This document shows positions 48,106 through 59,433 of a stretch of 64,000 nt of DNA, piece by piece; position 1 is the first letter of the stretch; every line of letters begins with the position of its first letter. Location of the stretch: the NCBI GenBank assembly GCA_903848795.1, contig CAINHC010000021.1, positions 11,309 to 75,308 on the forward strand. Direction: 5' to 3'. The DNA is from an uncultured bacterium. GTDB taxonomy: Bacteria > Patescibacteriota > Minisyncoccia > Phycocordibacterales > CAIZLB01. The notes below the pieces were generated by a model. That model had not been told where the DNA came from. It ran no database searches and was given only the letters and a program-made list of their open reading frames with translations. A program made the translations under genes and the position numbers.

Positions 48106-51100
48106 TTAATTCCCCTCCAACAACCAATCTTCAAACACTCTAATTCCCTTGAGACTCGGATCGTAAGATTTTACATCTGGAAAATCCAAATTCATTATTT
48201 TGTCATATACGATACACACCAACTTTTTCAGTCTTTCATATTCATCGCCGAGCTCTTCATTGTTTAAATTTTTCAAATCCAAATCGAGTCCAATTATTTT
48301 ATTTTTCATCACCCCCTTCTCTGTTGTTTCTTTAATCGGTTCCACAAACTGCAGTAACCCCTTGGAGACTTTCATATTTTTATATCTTGCCGAATTCTCC
48401 ATCAACAACTTATAAAAGATTAATTGCCTTCTATAATTATTTAATTTAATTTTCTTATCTTCATCACTCGACTGCCAGCTAAATTCAGCCTTACCTGTTT
48501 TAAAATCAACCACTTCATATTCGTGATTTTGATTTTTGAATATTTTATCTATCTTTCCAGTCAGGTGTGCAATTCTGTTTTGTTCATCAGTAATTATAAC
48601 CCCCTCATTTCTGAAATCTACTTCGGACAAATCATCACCAGTAAAATCTTCGCTCTTTTGATCATAAAATGCAGACAATGATTCCTCACCCTTTTGTCTA
48701 TAATATTCATAATCCCTTGATGACATTCGTTCTTTCCTAAGGGCCGTTTCAAACCATTTGATTAGCTTTTGCTTTTCGGATTGCTTGCCATTATCAGATC
48801 GCTCGCCAGATTTTGCATTATCAAAGTCAGGCAAAGAGTCACCAAAAGTAACAATATTTCCTTCCTCATCCAGCTCCCCAACATCCTTACCCATTTTTTT
48901 AGAAACAATCAGACGCTCTATCGCTTTGTGAATTGCTGATCCATATGAGCTGACCAAAGTTTTAGCTTGAGGAAATCGGAGCAAGTTTTGTTCCAGGAAC
49001 GTTTGAGGCCCGCCCCTTTTAACATCCAAGAAATTATTCAAGTGGGTAACCGATAATTTGTAATCCTTAAGTGGAATCTTCAGCAACTCAATTTCTTCAC
49101 CAAAGAATGGAGGGGTGTTATATAGCAACCACGATGCTGTCAAAAACTCATGTGTCTCTGGACCATTATCCTCAATTGACTGATCTTCCTGATTATATAA
49201 TTTTTCCAAAATTGCTGGTGCTTTTTTATAATCAAAATCATTTGATGGAAGCAAGAAGCGAAGAATCGAAGATTCCTTTCCGGTCTCTGTAATTTTGTAT
49301 GATGTTAAATATAAATGTCGCTTTGCACGAGTTAGCGCAACATAGAACAATCTCATTTGATCCGTCTCATCATCGCCGGCTGGCTGAATTGGTAGGTTGA
49401 TTGGGAATGATATCTTATTACTTACCCCTCTACCCGCCCAAATATTATCTTGGCAAGATAGCACAAACACGGTATCAAACTCAAGGCCCTTCGCGCCGTG
49501 AGATGAAAGAAGATTCACTGCTTTTTCTCCACTAGCAAACGGACTCTCGTCGTTTAACGGCAAATGATTCTTTTGTCTAAGGTCGACGAATTTGATTAGG
49601 TCTTCTATTGTTAGATAATGGTAACTTACATCATTCAAATCGCCCCCTGAGATAGTTTCGTCATTCAATGCACGTTCACCAACATAATCACGAAGTGCGC
49701 GAATAAAAACTCGTAGACTCGAAAGAAATGAAAGATATTCCGCTCTTGAGTGTTCAAACTTTTCTTTATTGAAATAATAGTCTTTGAATGGTGAGGCGAT
49801 TTGCGACTTAGCGCTAGCTGTGCCGGTGGGGCCAGCAGCACCGGCGATGCCAGTAATACCAGTGATGCCAGTGACGTCCCCCTCAAAATTTTCACCCCCT
49901 TTTGCAAAATTGACGGTTTTTCCGTCAGATTTACTATTAGAGGTAGAACTTTCGATGGCAGAAAAACCTTTATTTTCAGCTCCTTTTCCATCTTCATCCC
50001 CATATTCACCCCCATATTCGTCTTCACTCTCCGCAACCAAAACAACGTGTGCACCAATTATAATATCCAAGACTTTTTCAAGTGGTTCGTGCAAAGATTT
50101 ATTTGCAATATCAATTAGAAAATGTGCAATGTCGGAAACCTTATGGGGTGCTTTGGCTGAATCCCCCTTGTATTCCAACATAACTTCTAGCCAAGTTCTC
50201 CTGCTCTCATACGCTTCCTTAGAAATCTCCCAAACGGTTTGGCGGCCTAATTGCCAAAATGGAAAACTTAAAATCTGTGGCAAATAATTATCTGCTTCAA
50301 TTGCGTCCTTGCGTGAGAGGCTGGCAATGAATCTTGAAATAATAATTATCTGCATTACGTGAGGTTCTAGAAAAACATTTTGCTCACGTTTGTATCTGAT
50401 TGGAACATTCACACCCTTCAAGTATGGCACCAAGCTCTCCAAACCGTCATGTTTCCTCGCAATCACAGCGATATCTTCTGGGCTTGTACCATTGTCTATT
50501 AATTCCCTTATCTTCCTAGATACAAAATGATATTCTTCCAATGATGTCCTGAACTTTTTATTTACAATCTCCCCATTGGTCAATCCTTCCCCTGATGATT
50601 TCAGACTTTTTTCAATTTTATAAAGCGTTTCAAGACGCCCACTCCCTTTTCTAATTATGTGAGTTGCGATATCCAACACATCCTGAGTTGATCTATAATT
50701 GTCTGTCATTGTAACAATCTCCACATCGACGAACATTCTTCTGAAATTTAGAATATTGGAAAGCTCAGCGCCTTGGAATTTATAAACCGCCTGATCGTCA
50801 TCGCCCACAACCATGACATTTGGTCGTCCCTCATTTACCGGAGCATTCAAAATCAAATTCACCAACTTCATCTGTGCGTTATTTGTATCCTGAAACTCAT
50901 CCACCAAAACGTATTGATATTGCTCCTGCAATTCAAACTTCAGACGAGGATGCTTCTCGATTGCTTCAATTGCATCAAGAATCATATCGTCAAAGTCAAA
51001 AAAGGCCTTGTTTGTCATCTTCTTTCGATACAAATCATAAACATCAGCCAATATCTCCATTTTATCTTCATCTAATATTTCCTTGAGAGTTTTTGTACCA

Positions 51101-51936
51101 TCGTCTCGCATCTTCAAATACTTAGTTTTCCAAGTTGAGATTTGGGTGTTTTTGCCTTCATCTGCTATAGCATCGGCGAGAGCGCTTTGAAGTGAATTTG
51201 CATAGGAAGCGAGAATTGGTAAAAATATTGAATTATCCTGTGGAAATGGATCCTCTTTATTCTCGAGCTCTGCTGACTTAAACAATTCCGCCACTGTGTT
51301 TTTAACAAGCTCCAAGGCGTCCTTTCCGAGACGCCCCTCAAATGCAGGAACGACTATTTTCTCCGCACGGCGTGCCGATCGCTTATTGTGTGCGATAATC
51401 TTTCTAAATTCATCTGGTGTGATTCCTGATTTTTTGAGATGCTCTATTCGCTTTTTTGCATCAGATAAATATGAAAAACCCTTTTCCTCATGATAACTAT
51501 CGCGGAAAAGATTTCCTTGAGGTAAACTGTAGAAAATATCTTCAAGAATTCTAACTTGAGTCAAAGAATCGGCCGGAGTAAATTGTGTGCCTTTATAAAA
51601 ATATTCTGGATATTTTTGAATGATATTTATACAAAAGCTATGGAAGGTATGAATGGAAACTCTATAGGCTTCATTGCCAATTAGACGCGATAGACGATCT
51701 CGCATGTTTGATGAAGCTGCATCAGTGAACGTCATACACAAAATGTTGGATGGCAAAACCTGAGTCTTTACAAGAATCTGCGCAACACGCAAAGAGAGTA
51801 TTTCTGTCTTTCCAGATCCAGGCCCTGCAACAACCAGTAGCGGTCCATCAATGGTATCCACCGCTTTTTTCTGTTGTTTGTTCAACTTATTATATCTCTC
51901 CTCAAATTTACTTTGAGCTGGATTTGCGTTTTTCAT
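48106..51936 (-). CDS. UvrD/PcrA-family helicase fused to C-terminal PD-(D/E)XK nuclease (AddA/RecB-like)
   Basis: AGPGSGKT, LVDEFQD, VGDDDQAVY, NYRS, HGAKGLEF, YVALTRAK; GKIDKI...VVDFKTG...QLIFY. Confidence 0.9.
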   Translation of the reverse strand: MKNANPAQSKFEERYNKLNKQQKKAVDTIDGPLLVVAGPGSGKTEILSLRVAQILVKTQVLPSNILCMTFTDAASSNMRDRLSRLIGNEAYRVSIHTFHSFCINIIQKYPEYFYKGTQFTPADSLTQVRILEDIFYSLPQGNLFRDSYHEEKGFSYLSDAKKRIEHLKKSGITPDEFRKIIAHNKRSARRAEKIVVPAFEGRLGKDALELVKNTVAELFKSAELENKEDPFPQDNSIFLPILASYANSLQSALADAIADEGKNTQISTWKTKYLKMRDDGTKTLKEILDEDKMEILADVYDLYRKKMTNKAFFDFDDMILDAIEAIEKHPRLKFELQEQYQYVLVDEFQDTNNAQMKLVNLILNAPVNEGRPNVMVVGDDDQAVYKFQGAELSNILNFRRMFVDVEIVTMTDNYRSTQDVLDIATHIIRKGSGRLETLYKIEKSLKSSGEGLTNGEIVNKKFRTSLEEYHFVSRKIRELIDNGTSPEDIAVIARKHDGLESLVPYLKGVNVPIRYKREQNVFLEPHVMQIIIISRFIASLSRKDAIEADNYLPQILSFPFWQLGRQTVWEISKEAYESRRTWLEVMLEYKGDSAKAPHKVSDIAHFLIDIANKSLHEPLEKVLDIIIGAHVVLVAESEDEYGGEYGDEDGKGAENKGFSAIESSTSNSKSDGKTVNFAKGGENFEGDVTGITGITGIAGAAGPTGTASAKSQIASPFKDYYFNKEKFEHSRAEYLSFLSSLRVFIRALRDYVGERALNDETISGGDLNDVSYHYLTIEDLIKFVDLRQKNHLPLNDESPFASGEKAVNLLSSHGAKGLEFDTVFVLSCQDNIWAGRGVSNKISFPINLPIQPAGDDETDQMRLFYVALTRAKRHLYLTSYKITETGKESSILRFLLPSNDFDYKKAPAILEKLYNQEDQSIEDNGPETHEFLTASWLLYNTPPFFGEEIELLKIPLKDYKLSVTHLNNFLDVKRGGPQTFLEQNLLRFPQAKTLVSSYGSAIHKAIERLIVSKKMGKDVGELDEEGNIVTFGDSLPDFDNAKSGERSDNGKQSEKQKLIKWFETALRKERMSSRDYEYYRQKGEESLSAFYDQKSEDFTGDDLSEVDFRNEGVIITDEQNRIAHLTGKIDKIFKNQNHEYEVVDFKTGKAEFSWQSSDEDKKIKLNNYRRQLIFYKLLMENSARYKNMKVSKGLLQFVEPIKETTEKGVMKNKIIGLDLDLKNLNNEELGDEYERLKKLVCIVYDKIMNLDFPDVKSYDPSLKGIRVFEDWLLEGN

Positions 51937-52027
51937 AGGTAGATTATAGCAGTTTTTGGGAGTTTTTTCATAGGCACTTTAATCAAGGCACTTTGATCAA
52001 ATATTTCTTGATAAAATGACAAACAGC

Positions 52028-52061
52028 AAAAAACCAGCCCTGAATTCGCGGCTGGCTTTTT
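52028..52061 (-). terminator. rpoD terminator
   Basis: AAAAAACCAGCC...GGCTGGCTTTTT. Confidence 0.6.
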
Positions 52062-52072
52062 GAGACTCTTAT

Positions 52073-53539
52073 CTAGTAATTCTTCAATCTATTCACCTTA
52101 TCGTGTTGCCTAATCTTCTCATGAGCTTTTGCTTCAATTTGCCTAATACGCTCACGAGTCACACCAAACATTTTTCCAACCTCCTCAAGCGTGTGCTGAA
52201 TTCCATCAGCCAGACCGTGACGTAACATTAGAATTTCACGTTCCTTCTCTGATAGGTCGCCAAGAATTTCCTTAACCTGATCTGCTAAGATTCTGCGCGA
52301 TGCTTCTTGATCGGGTGAGAGAATTTTATCATCTGGAATAAAGTCTCCAAATGTTGACTTATCATCATCATCTCCAACTGAGGCATCAAGAGAAACTGTT
52401 GTCTGATCTATTTTTTCAATTGTATAAATCTTTTCAACATCAATTCCCATTTCCATTGCGATTTCTTCTGGCAATGGATCACGTCCCAGGTCTTGAGTAA
52501 GACGTCTTAAAACTTGCTTATACTTTGCGATTGTCTCAACCATGTGAACAGGAACTCTAATTGTTCTTGATTGATCGGCAAGTGCACGAGTGATTGATTG
52601 TCTAATCCACCATGTAGCGTAGGTTGAAAACTTAAATCCCTTGGACCAGTCAAACTTATCTACGGCCTTAAATAAGCCTATATTTCCCTCTTGAATCAAA
52701 TCAAGAAGCGTTAGATCAGGACTTCTGTTTGCATATTTTTTAGCAATAGAAACAACAAGACGAAGGTTTGCTTTTGCAAGTAATCCTTCTGCCTCTTTAT
52801 CTCCATTTGCAATTCTTTTTGCCAATTCCTTTTCTTCAGAACCATTGATAAGTGGGTACTGTCCAATCTCCTTAAGATACATTTGAATTGAATCATAATT
52901 TGAATCATTTTTACTGATTGCATATTTCTTCAACAAATTATCCTCTTGATTATTTACATCAAGCATTCCTCCACCTTCAAGAACATCGATTCCTGCTGTT
53001 TGTAATTTCTCATACAAAACATCCAAGAACATTATATCCTCTTCAATATTTGGAAACTCCTTCAGAATCTCATCATATGTAACGAAGCCTCGATCACGTC
53101 CACGGGTTAGTAAAATCGCTGCCCTCTCCTCCCATGTGCTAGTCTTATTTTTTGCACCACTGTGAGTTGAATGAAAAGCAGACTTATCTGTTTTTTTCAA
53201 AACCTTGACAGCAACTTTTTTAACCTTTTCTTTTTTTGGAGCTGGAGCTTTGGCAACGGTCGCTTTTTTTATAGGCGCGACTTTCGCCACCTTAGCAGGT
53301 CTTTTCTCCACCTTTTTTGTTTCTTTGTTTGTTGCTTTAGAAGTTTTTTTAATCAATTTGTTTTTTTTATTTAAATTTGTATTTTTATTTTTGTTTGTAT
53401 TTTTATTTGAAACAGATTTTGTCACCTTTGACACCTTTATCTTATTTTTTAAAACAGTTTTTGTTTTTGTGACGCCTTTTTTTGTAGCGTTTTTAGTTGA
53501 AACCTTATTCAATTTTATATTTTTTGCATTCTTTGGCAT
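52073..53539 (-). CDS. rpoD: Primary sigma factor with long Lys-rich N-terminal extension
   Basis: [53 protein letters not shown]. Confidence 0.95.
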   Translation of the reverse strand: MPKNAKNIKLNKVSTKNATKKGVTKTKTVLKNKIKVSKVTKSVSNKNTNKNKNTNLNKKNKLIKKTSKATNKETKKVEKRPAKVAKVAPIKKATVAKAPAPKKEKVKKVAVKVLKKTDKSAFHSTHSGAKNKTSTWEERAAILLTRGRDRGFVTYDEILKEFPNIEEDIMFLDVLYEKLQTAGIDVLEGGGMLDVNNQEDNLLKKYAISKNDSNYDSIQMYLKEIGQYPLINGSEEKELAKRIANGDKEAEGLLAKANLRLVVSIAKKYANRSPDLTLLDLIQEGNIGLFKAVDKFDWSKGFKFSTYATWWIRQSITRALADQSRTIRVPVHMVETIAKYKQVLRRLTQDLGRDPLPEEIAMEMGIDVEKIYTIEKIDQTTVSLDASVGDDDDKSTFGDFIPDDKILSPDQEASRRILADQVKEILGDLSEKEREILMLRHGLADGIQHTLEEVGKMFGVTRERIRQIEAKAHEKIRQHDKVNRLKNY

Positions 53540-53636
53540 AACACCATTTGTTTACAGAAATCATATCATAATATAATAAATTTTCCATCCCTTTAGGTTA
53601 ATTAATCTTAATTAACCCTCGGACATTCCAAATTTA

Positions 53637-55556
53637 TTATCCATACAATTTCTTTTTTCTTTGCACATCTGATAATTTTAGAGAAATAGTTTGGCACTCT
53701 TTCAAAATTTCCATTGCCTCCTCTCTCTTTTGTAATTTTTCCATCTTGTTCAAATTATTCATTAGAACTGAGAGAGTTTGCTTTAGCGCACGCTCTTCAA
53801 TTTCTAATAATAATTCTTCGATGTCCACATCAAGTTTTGAGCTACCTGCAAACAACACCTCCGCTTCGAAAGAAAGCTCTGTAGGGGAAGTTGATATTCT
53901 TTCGTCAAAATAGTTTTTACTATACTTATCTAAGAAAGTTTCAGCCCTCTTCTCCACCTCCCCGGCCTTTGTCAGATTGGATGAGTCTTTAAGCCACAGA
54001 ATCAGACCTATTAATCGATCTAAAGTTTTTTTGTCGCTATCGCTAAGTTCATCGATTCCCTTGATTATTGAATGATCGGAAGTAGTTTCGTTTCCAGCAT
54101 GACCCTGACCGTCGCCATTATGACCGATTGCACCACCTACACCACTCGATGAGCCGTTCTGTGGACCATTCTTCTCCGTCAACCTCATCTTGACCATCAA
54201 CCTCTCCAACTCCGCACGCAAATCCGCTTCATGAATATCAGTTCTGATACTAATTCGATTAATAAAGTGCGCTCTATCAATTGAACTTTCTATTGCAAGA
54301 ACGTAAGGAAGAACTTCAACCTCAACTGCCTTCCATAATTCTCTTCCAGTCAATCCTTCTCGTTCCAAGATATCAAGATAAAAATCAATAATATGTTTTG
54401 CATTTTTCAGGCATGATTTGAATTTTTCTTTATCACTTAGAATTAGTGACGCTGGATCCTCCCCTTTTGGAAGTGCAACAATCTTCACATCCATCCCCAG
54501 TGACAATGCCAACTCCCACGCACGTAGTGACGCCTTAAGTCCTGCCTTATCAGCATCATAAACAATCATCGTATTGTCAGTCAGTCTTTTAATCTTTTCC
54601 AAATGAAGTGCAGTGAGCGATGTTCCTGATGTTGCAACTGTATTATTGAATCCTGCTTGATGCGCCATTAGCATATCAAGTTGACCTTCAACTAATATTG
54701 CATAACCAAATTTCCTTATACCTTCTTTTGCTCTATGATATCCATAAAGAATCTCTGATTTGTTAAACAAAACACCATCGGGACTGTTCAAATATTTTGG
54801 TGGCTCTCTATTTTCATCGGTGTTTTGAGAAGTTGAAGCGCCGGCTTGGCCAGATGTCTGGCCAGGCGATTGTACAGCAGATGAAGTCGCCGATTCCGTT
54901 ACTGGAAACTTTATAAACCTTCCTGAATACCCAATCACTCTTCCTGACGAATCAAAAAGCGGAAACATTATTCTCTCCCTGAATCTATCATAAACACTTG
55001 TTCCAGTTTGTTTGATCAAACCCACCTTCTCCATTTCTGTATTTCCGATATTCTTTGAGCGGAGATAATCGCCAAGACTCCTCCATTCATTCGATGCTAG
55101 ACCAATTCTCCATGTCAGAATTGTATCCTCTGTTAATCCCCTGCCTAACAAATAATCATGAGCAAATTTTGCAGAAGGATTTTTGTTTAATTGATCTTCG
55201 TAGAAAACAGTTGCAACCTCCAAAACGGCACGCAACTTATCCAATTCAGAATCTTTACTTCTATCATGTTGAAATTGTGCAAGCTCCACCCCAGCCTTTT
55301 CAGCCAATATTTTAAGCGCGCCAAGGAAATCTATTTTTTCAAATTCTTCTACGAATGTAAAAATGTCTCCCTTAGCTCCACATCCAAAACAATAATAATT
55401 ATTTCTTGCAGGCGAGATAAAGAAAGATGGAGTTTTTTCATTATGAAAAGGACAGCGCGCCTTGTAATTTGCGCCTGTCTTTTCAATTTTTATGTAAGCT
55501 CCAACAACATCTGCGATGCCGAGCCTTTCTTTAATTGTTTGAGCAGCTGATGACAT
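53637..55556 (-). CDS. dnaG: DNA primase
   Basis: CPFHNEKTPSF..CFGC, FRERIMFP, KYLNSP, EGQLD, YDADKAG. Confidence 0.96.
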   Translation of the reverse strand: MSSAAQTIKERLGIADVVGAYIKIEKTGANYKARCPFHNEKTPSFFISPARNNYYCFGCGAKGDIFTFVEEFEKIDFLGALKILAEKAGVELAQFQHDRSKDSELDKLRAVLEVATVFYEDQLNKNPSAKFAHDYLLGRGLTEDTILTWRIGLASNEWRSLGDYLRSKNIGNTEMEKVGLIKQTGTSVYDRFRERIMFPLFDSSGRVIGYSGRFIKFPVTESATSSAVQSPGQTSGQAGASTSQNTDENREPPKYLNSPDGVLFNKSEILYGYHRAKEGIRKFGYAILVEGQLDMLMAHQAGFNNTVATSGTSLTALHLEKIKRLTDNTMIVYDADKAGLKASLRAWELALSLGMDVKIVALPKGEDPASLILSDKEKFKSCLKNAKHIIDFYLDILEREGLTGRELWKAVEVEVLPYVLAIESSIDRAHFINRISIRTDIHEADLRAELERLMVKMRLTEKNGPQNGSSSGVGGAIGHNGDGQGHAGNETTSDHSIIKGIDELSDSDKKTLDRLIGLILWLKDSSNLTKAGEVEKRAETFLDKYSKNYFDERISTSPTELSFEAEVLFAGSSKLDVDIEELLLEIEERALKQTLSVLMNNLNKMEKLQKREEAMEILKECQTISLKLSDVQRKKKLYG

Positions 55557-55715
55557 TTATTTTTATTTTTTATGTGACCTAGCCCATACACCTACGTTAA
55601 TCTGCAGCGCAGGTCTTGGTACCCTTACCTTGGACCCACCCTCATGTTTACTACGTTTAACATCTACACCCCACACTACACCACATTTCTGCGGACTCGC
55701 ATGGGGTCAGACCCC

Positions 55716-58700
55716 TTATTCCAAGAATCCCTCTTCCTCCAAAACTATCTCACGTAGCTTCTCAATCATTTTCCACTTCTCGCTTCCCTTGAATCCTGAA
55801 CCGGCTGGAATCAATCTTCCGATAATTACGTTTTCCATAATTCCATATAGTGGATCCTTTTGTGCCTTAAGTGATGCGTTGATAAGCATTCTGTTTGTGT
55901 GTTGGAATGAAGCGGCTGAGAGGAAGCTTCTTCTTGTAAGTGAGGCTTCTGTAATACCAAGTACAATAGGATCGCCCTTTGCCTCGATAAACTCTCCTCC
56001 CTTTACAAGTTCCTTTACTCTTGCATTTTCTTGATCCAACTCGAATTGCTCAACAATATCTCCGACAGCAAATTGCGTGTCTCCAGCAACCTTAATCTTT
56101 ATACGTGAGAACATTTGGCGAACAATAATTTCGATGTGCTTTCTTGAAACATTTTCTCCCTGTAGTTCATAAATCTTCTTAACTTCAGAAATAATATACT
56201 CTTGTGTACGAGCTTGACCAGCATACTCGAACAAATCTTCGATACTTGCGTGACCGTCAGTTATAATGTCACCCTTTGAAACATGCTGTCCGATTTTGAC
56301 CAAAGCAACACGGGCATAGTGACATGAGAATTCAATCTCAGCTCCCTTCTTGCTTTTTGTAGGAACATCTGGAAGAAGCTTAAAGATTTTTTCTTTTCCA
56401 ACTTCTCTGATGTCTGTAATCATACCATCGTGTGATACAACAACCGCAGCGTTCTTTGGATTTCTCTTTTCGAAAATTTCTTCAACACGAGGAAGTCCAG
56501 CTGTGATGTCTCCTCCAACGATAGCAACTCCTCCTGAGTGGAAAGTACGCATAGTTAGCTGTGTTCCTGGCTCTCCAACGGCTTGTGCGGCAATTGTTCC
56601 TACAGCTTCTCCTGTCTCAACAAGTGCACCACGTCCAAGATCAGATCCATAACACATTCTACAAATTCCTCCTGGTGTCTTACATGAAAGTGGAGATCTA
56701 ACAAAAACTTCAGATATTCCTTGCTTATCAAGCAATTTTGCATCCTCCTTTGTAATCATGTGATTTCTCTTGAACAAAACTTCACCCTCGGCGTTCGAAA
56801 TATCCTTTGCAAGAACACGTCCAGTTGCAATCTTTAGCATTGTTAGACTAATTCCTGATGAACCAACTTTGTTCACAACGATTCCTTCTTTTGTTCCACA
56901 ATCCTCTTCTGTGATCATCACACTTTGCGCAACAACGAATAGCTTTCTAGTTAGATATCCTGACTTTGCAGTGTTTAGGGCTGTGTCAGTCATACCCTTT
57001 CTGGCACCGTGAGATGAGATGAAGTATTCAACTGGTGAAAATCCTTCTTTGAAAGATGAAATAATTGGAAGTTCCAATGTTTCTCCTTGAGCGTTTGCAA
57101 TAAGTCCGGCCATACCAACCATTTGGTTAAGCTGACCCATAGAACCTCTGGCACCTGAGATAACCATGTCATAAACTGGACCATTTTTATCCAATCCCTC
57201 TCCAACCAATTTCTCAATTTGAGATTTTGTATCTTGCCAAATAGAAACGTTCTTTCTGTGCTTCTCTTCCTTTGATAGAAGACCTTCATTATATTGCTCA
57301 AGAACCTCCAATGATTTTCCTTCTGCAATTTTTACAAGTTCAGCCTTACCTTCTGGAACGTTAATATCATCCATACTCCAAGTTACGCCAGACTCTGTTA
57401 GATATTTGAATCCAAAGTCCTTAAGCGCGTCGATGAATGGTGCAACCTTTCCAAGTCCTTGTTCTGTAATAATATCATCGATGATATTATTTAGAATTGA
57501 CTTTGTGATCTCCTTGTTTATAAATGGATGATTCACTGGCAAAACATTGTTGAACAATATTCTTCCGATACTTGTTTCAATCATCTTTCCTCTATCCTCT
57601 CCGTACTTCTCTTCATCAGGAGCAATAACATGAATTTTTGCTCTGTAAGAAAGTGCATTGAAGCTAAGTGCTTGAATAGCATCATCGATACTTCCATAGT
57701 AATTTCCTTCGCCTCTTTCTCCTTCTACAAATCTAGACATCCAGAATGATCCAAGAACAATATCCAAAAGCTTTGCCGTTACGGTTGGATCTCCTGATCC
57801 AGGCTTTAGAATGTTCTTATCAGCTGCCATGATTTCTTTAGCCTCCATTTGAGCTTCCTCTGAAAGTGGGACGTGAATGGCCATTGTATCTCCATCGAAG
57901 TCCGCGTTAAAAGGAGAACAAACTAGTGGGTGAAGTTGAATAGCATTTCCTTCAATAAGCACAGGTCTGAAAGCTTGAATTGAAAGACGGTGAAGTGTTG
58001 GAGCACGGTTTAGAAGAACATATTTCTCCTTAATAACGTTTTCAAGAATTGCCCAAACCTCAGGAATACCATCATCAATTAATCTTGATGCCCCCCTGAT
58101 GTTGAATGCCATCTCTTTCTTGATAAGTTCAGAAACAACGAATGGTCTGAACAACTCAAGTGCCATGTGCTTTGGAACTCCACATTGATCCAGTTTAAGA
58201 TTTGGACCAACAACGATAACAGAACGTCCTGAGTAATCAACGCGCTTTCCAAGAAGGTTTTGTCTAAACAATCCTCTCTTTCCCTTTAGGTTATCAGCGA
58301 GTGATTTAAGTGGACGTCTCTGCGCTGCGTTAAGACCTGCAAATGAAGCATTACCATGTCTGATTGTATTATCAATCAAGGCGTCAACTGCTTCTTGCAA
58401 GATACGCTTTTCATTTCTAAGAATAACATCAGGAGCATTAATTTCCTTTAGTTTCTTTAGACGATTGTTTCTGTTGATAACACGTCTGTATAGATCGTTA
58501 ACATCTGACGTTGCGTGACGGCCTCCTTCAAGGGCAACCATAGGACGAAGTGCTGCAGGAATAACAGGAAGTGCTGTTATAAACATCCACTCAGGACGAA
58601 TCTTTGAGCGAACCATTGACTTAACTAGAGCAAGTCTCTTAATCATTTTCTCACGATCTGCAGCGGAAACTTTTGTATAATCAACTTCTAATTGAACCAA

Positions 58701-59420
58701 AAGTTTTGACAAATCAAGATTTTTGAAAATATTAAATACTGCTTCAGCTCCAATTCCAGCTTCAAATGCTACACCAAAACGTAGTGAGAATTTATGATAT
58801 TGATTTTCATCCAAAACTCTACCAACCTGAATACTTTCAATGTCACGCTTTGCAGACATCAAAAGTTCAGTTAGAGCTTCCTTTGTTTTCTCATCTGTAA
58901 CTGTCTTAACTTTATTCTTAAACTCACCATCGAGCTCTTTAAGCAGTCTATTCTTTTCCTCCTCATTAACATTTGTTATCAAGTATCCAGCAAAGTATAT
59001 AACTTTCTCAACATCACCTTGACTCATTCCCAATACCTGAGCAACACGAGATGGCATTGTTCGGAGATACCAAATATGAGAAACAGGAACACAAAGTTCA
59101 ATGTGACCCATTCTCTCACGTCTTACAATTGAACGAGTTAATTCAACACCACATTTTTCACAAACAATTCCCTTGTATCTAATTCCCTTGTATTTTCCAC
59201 AATAACATTCCCAGTCTCTTTCAGGTCCAAAGATTTTCTCATCAAACAAACCATTTTTCTCACTTCTTTGAGTTCTATAGTTCATTGTCTCTGGCTTTGT
59301 AACCTCGCCATATGACCAATCTCTAACCTTATCAGGCGATGCAATTTTAAGAACGATAGATTCAAAATCATCTATTCCCTTTTCTTTATGTTTTGCGTTT
59401 AATGGATTTTTTATATTCAT
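55716..59420 (-). CDS. rpoC: RNA polymerase beta' subunit
   Basis: NADFDGD, GKRVDYSGRSV, GEPGTQLTMRTFH. Confidence 0.99.
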   Translation of the reverse strand: MNIKNPLNAKHKEKGIDDFESIVLKIASPDKVRDWSYGEVTKPETMNYRTQRSEKNGLFDEKIFGPERDWECYCGKYKGIRYKGIVCEKCGVELTRSIVRRERMGHIELCVPVSHIWYLRTMPSRVAQVLGMSQGDVEKVIYFAGYLITNVNEEEKNRLLKELDGEFKNKVKTVTDEKTKEALTELLMSAKRDIESIQVGRVLDENQYHKFSLRFGVAFEAGIGAEAVFNIFKNLDLSKLLVQLEVDYTKVSAADREKMIKRLALVKSMVRSKIRPEWMFITALPVIPAALRPMVALEGGRHATSDVNDLYRRVINRNNRLKKLKEINAPDVILRNEKRILQEAVDALIDNTIRHGNASFAGLNAAQRRPLKSLADNLKGKRGLFRQNLLGKRVDYSGRSVIVVGPNLKLDQCGVPKHMALELFRPFVVSELIKKEMAFNIRGASRLIDDGIPEVWAILENVIKEKYVLLNRAPTLHRLSIQAFRPVLIEGNAIQLHPLVCSPFNADFDGDTMAIHVPLSEEAQMEAKEIMAADKNILKPGSGDPTVTAKLLDIVLGSFWMSRFVEGERGEGNYYGSIDDAIQALSFNALSYRAKIHVIAPDEEKYGEDRGKMIETSIGRILFNNVLPVNHPFINKEITKSILNNIIDDIITEQGLGKVAPFIDALKDFGFKYLTESGVTWSMDDINVPEGKAELVKIAEGKSLEVLEQYNEGLLSKEEKHRKNVSIWQDTKSQIEKLVGEGLDKNGPVYDMVISGARGSMGQLNQMVGMAGLIANAQGETLELPIISSFKEGFSPVEYFISSHGARKGMTDTALNTAKSGYLTRKLFVVAQSVMITEEDCGTKEGIVVNKVGSSGISLTMLKIATGRVLAKDISNAEGEVLFKRNHMITKEDAKLLDKQGISEVFVRSPLSCKTPGGICRMCYGSDLGRGALVETGEAVGTIAAQAVGEPGTQLTMRTFHSGGVAIVGGDITAGLPRVEEIFEKRNPKNAAVVVSHDGMITDIREVGKEKIFKLLPDVPTKSKKGAEIEFSCHYARVALVKIGQHVSKGDIITDGHASIEDLFEYAGQARTQEYIISEVKKIYELQGENVSRKHIEIIVRQMFSRIKIKVAGDTQFAVGDIVEQFELDQENARVKELVKGGEFIEAKGDPIVLGITEASLTRRSFLSAASFQHTNRMLINASLKAQKDPLYGIMENVIIGRLIPAGSGFKGSEKWKMIEKLREIVLEEEGFLE

Positions 59421-59433
59421 ATTAGTGGTTGAA

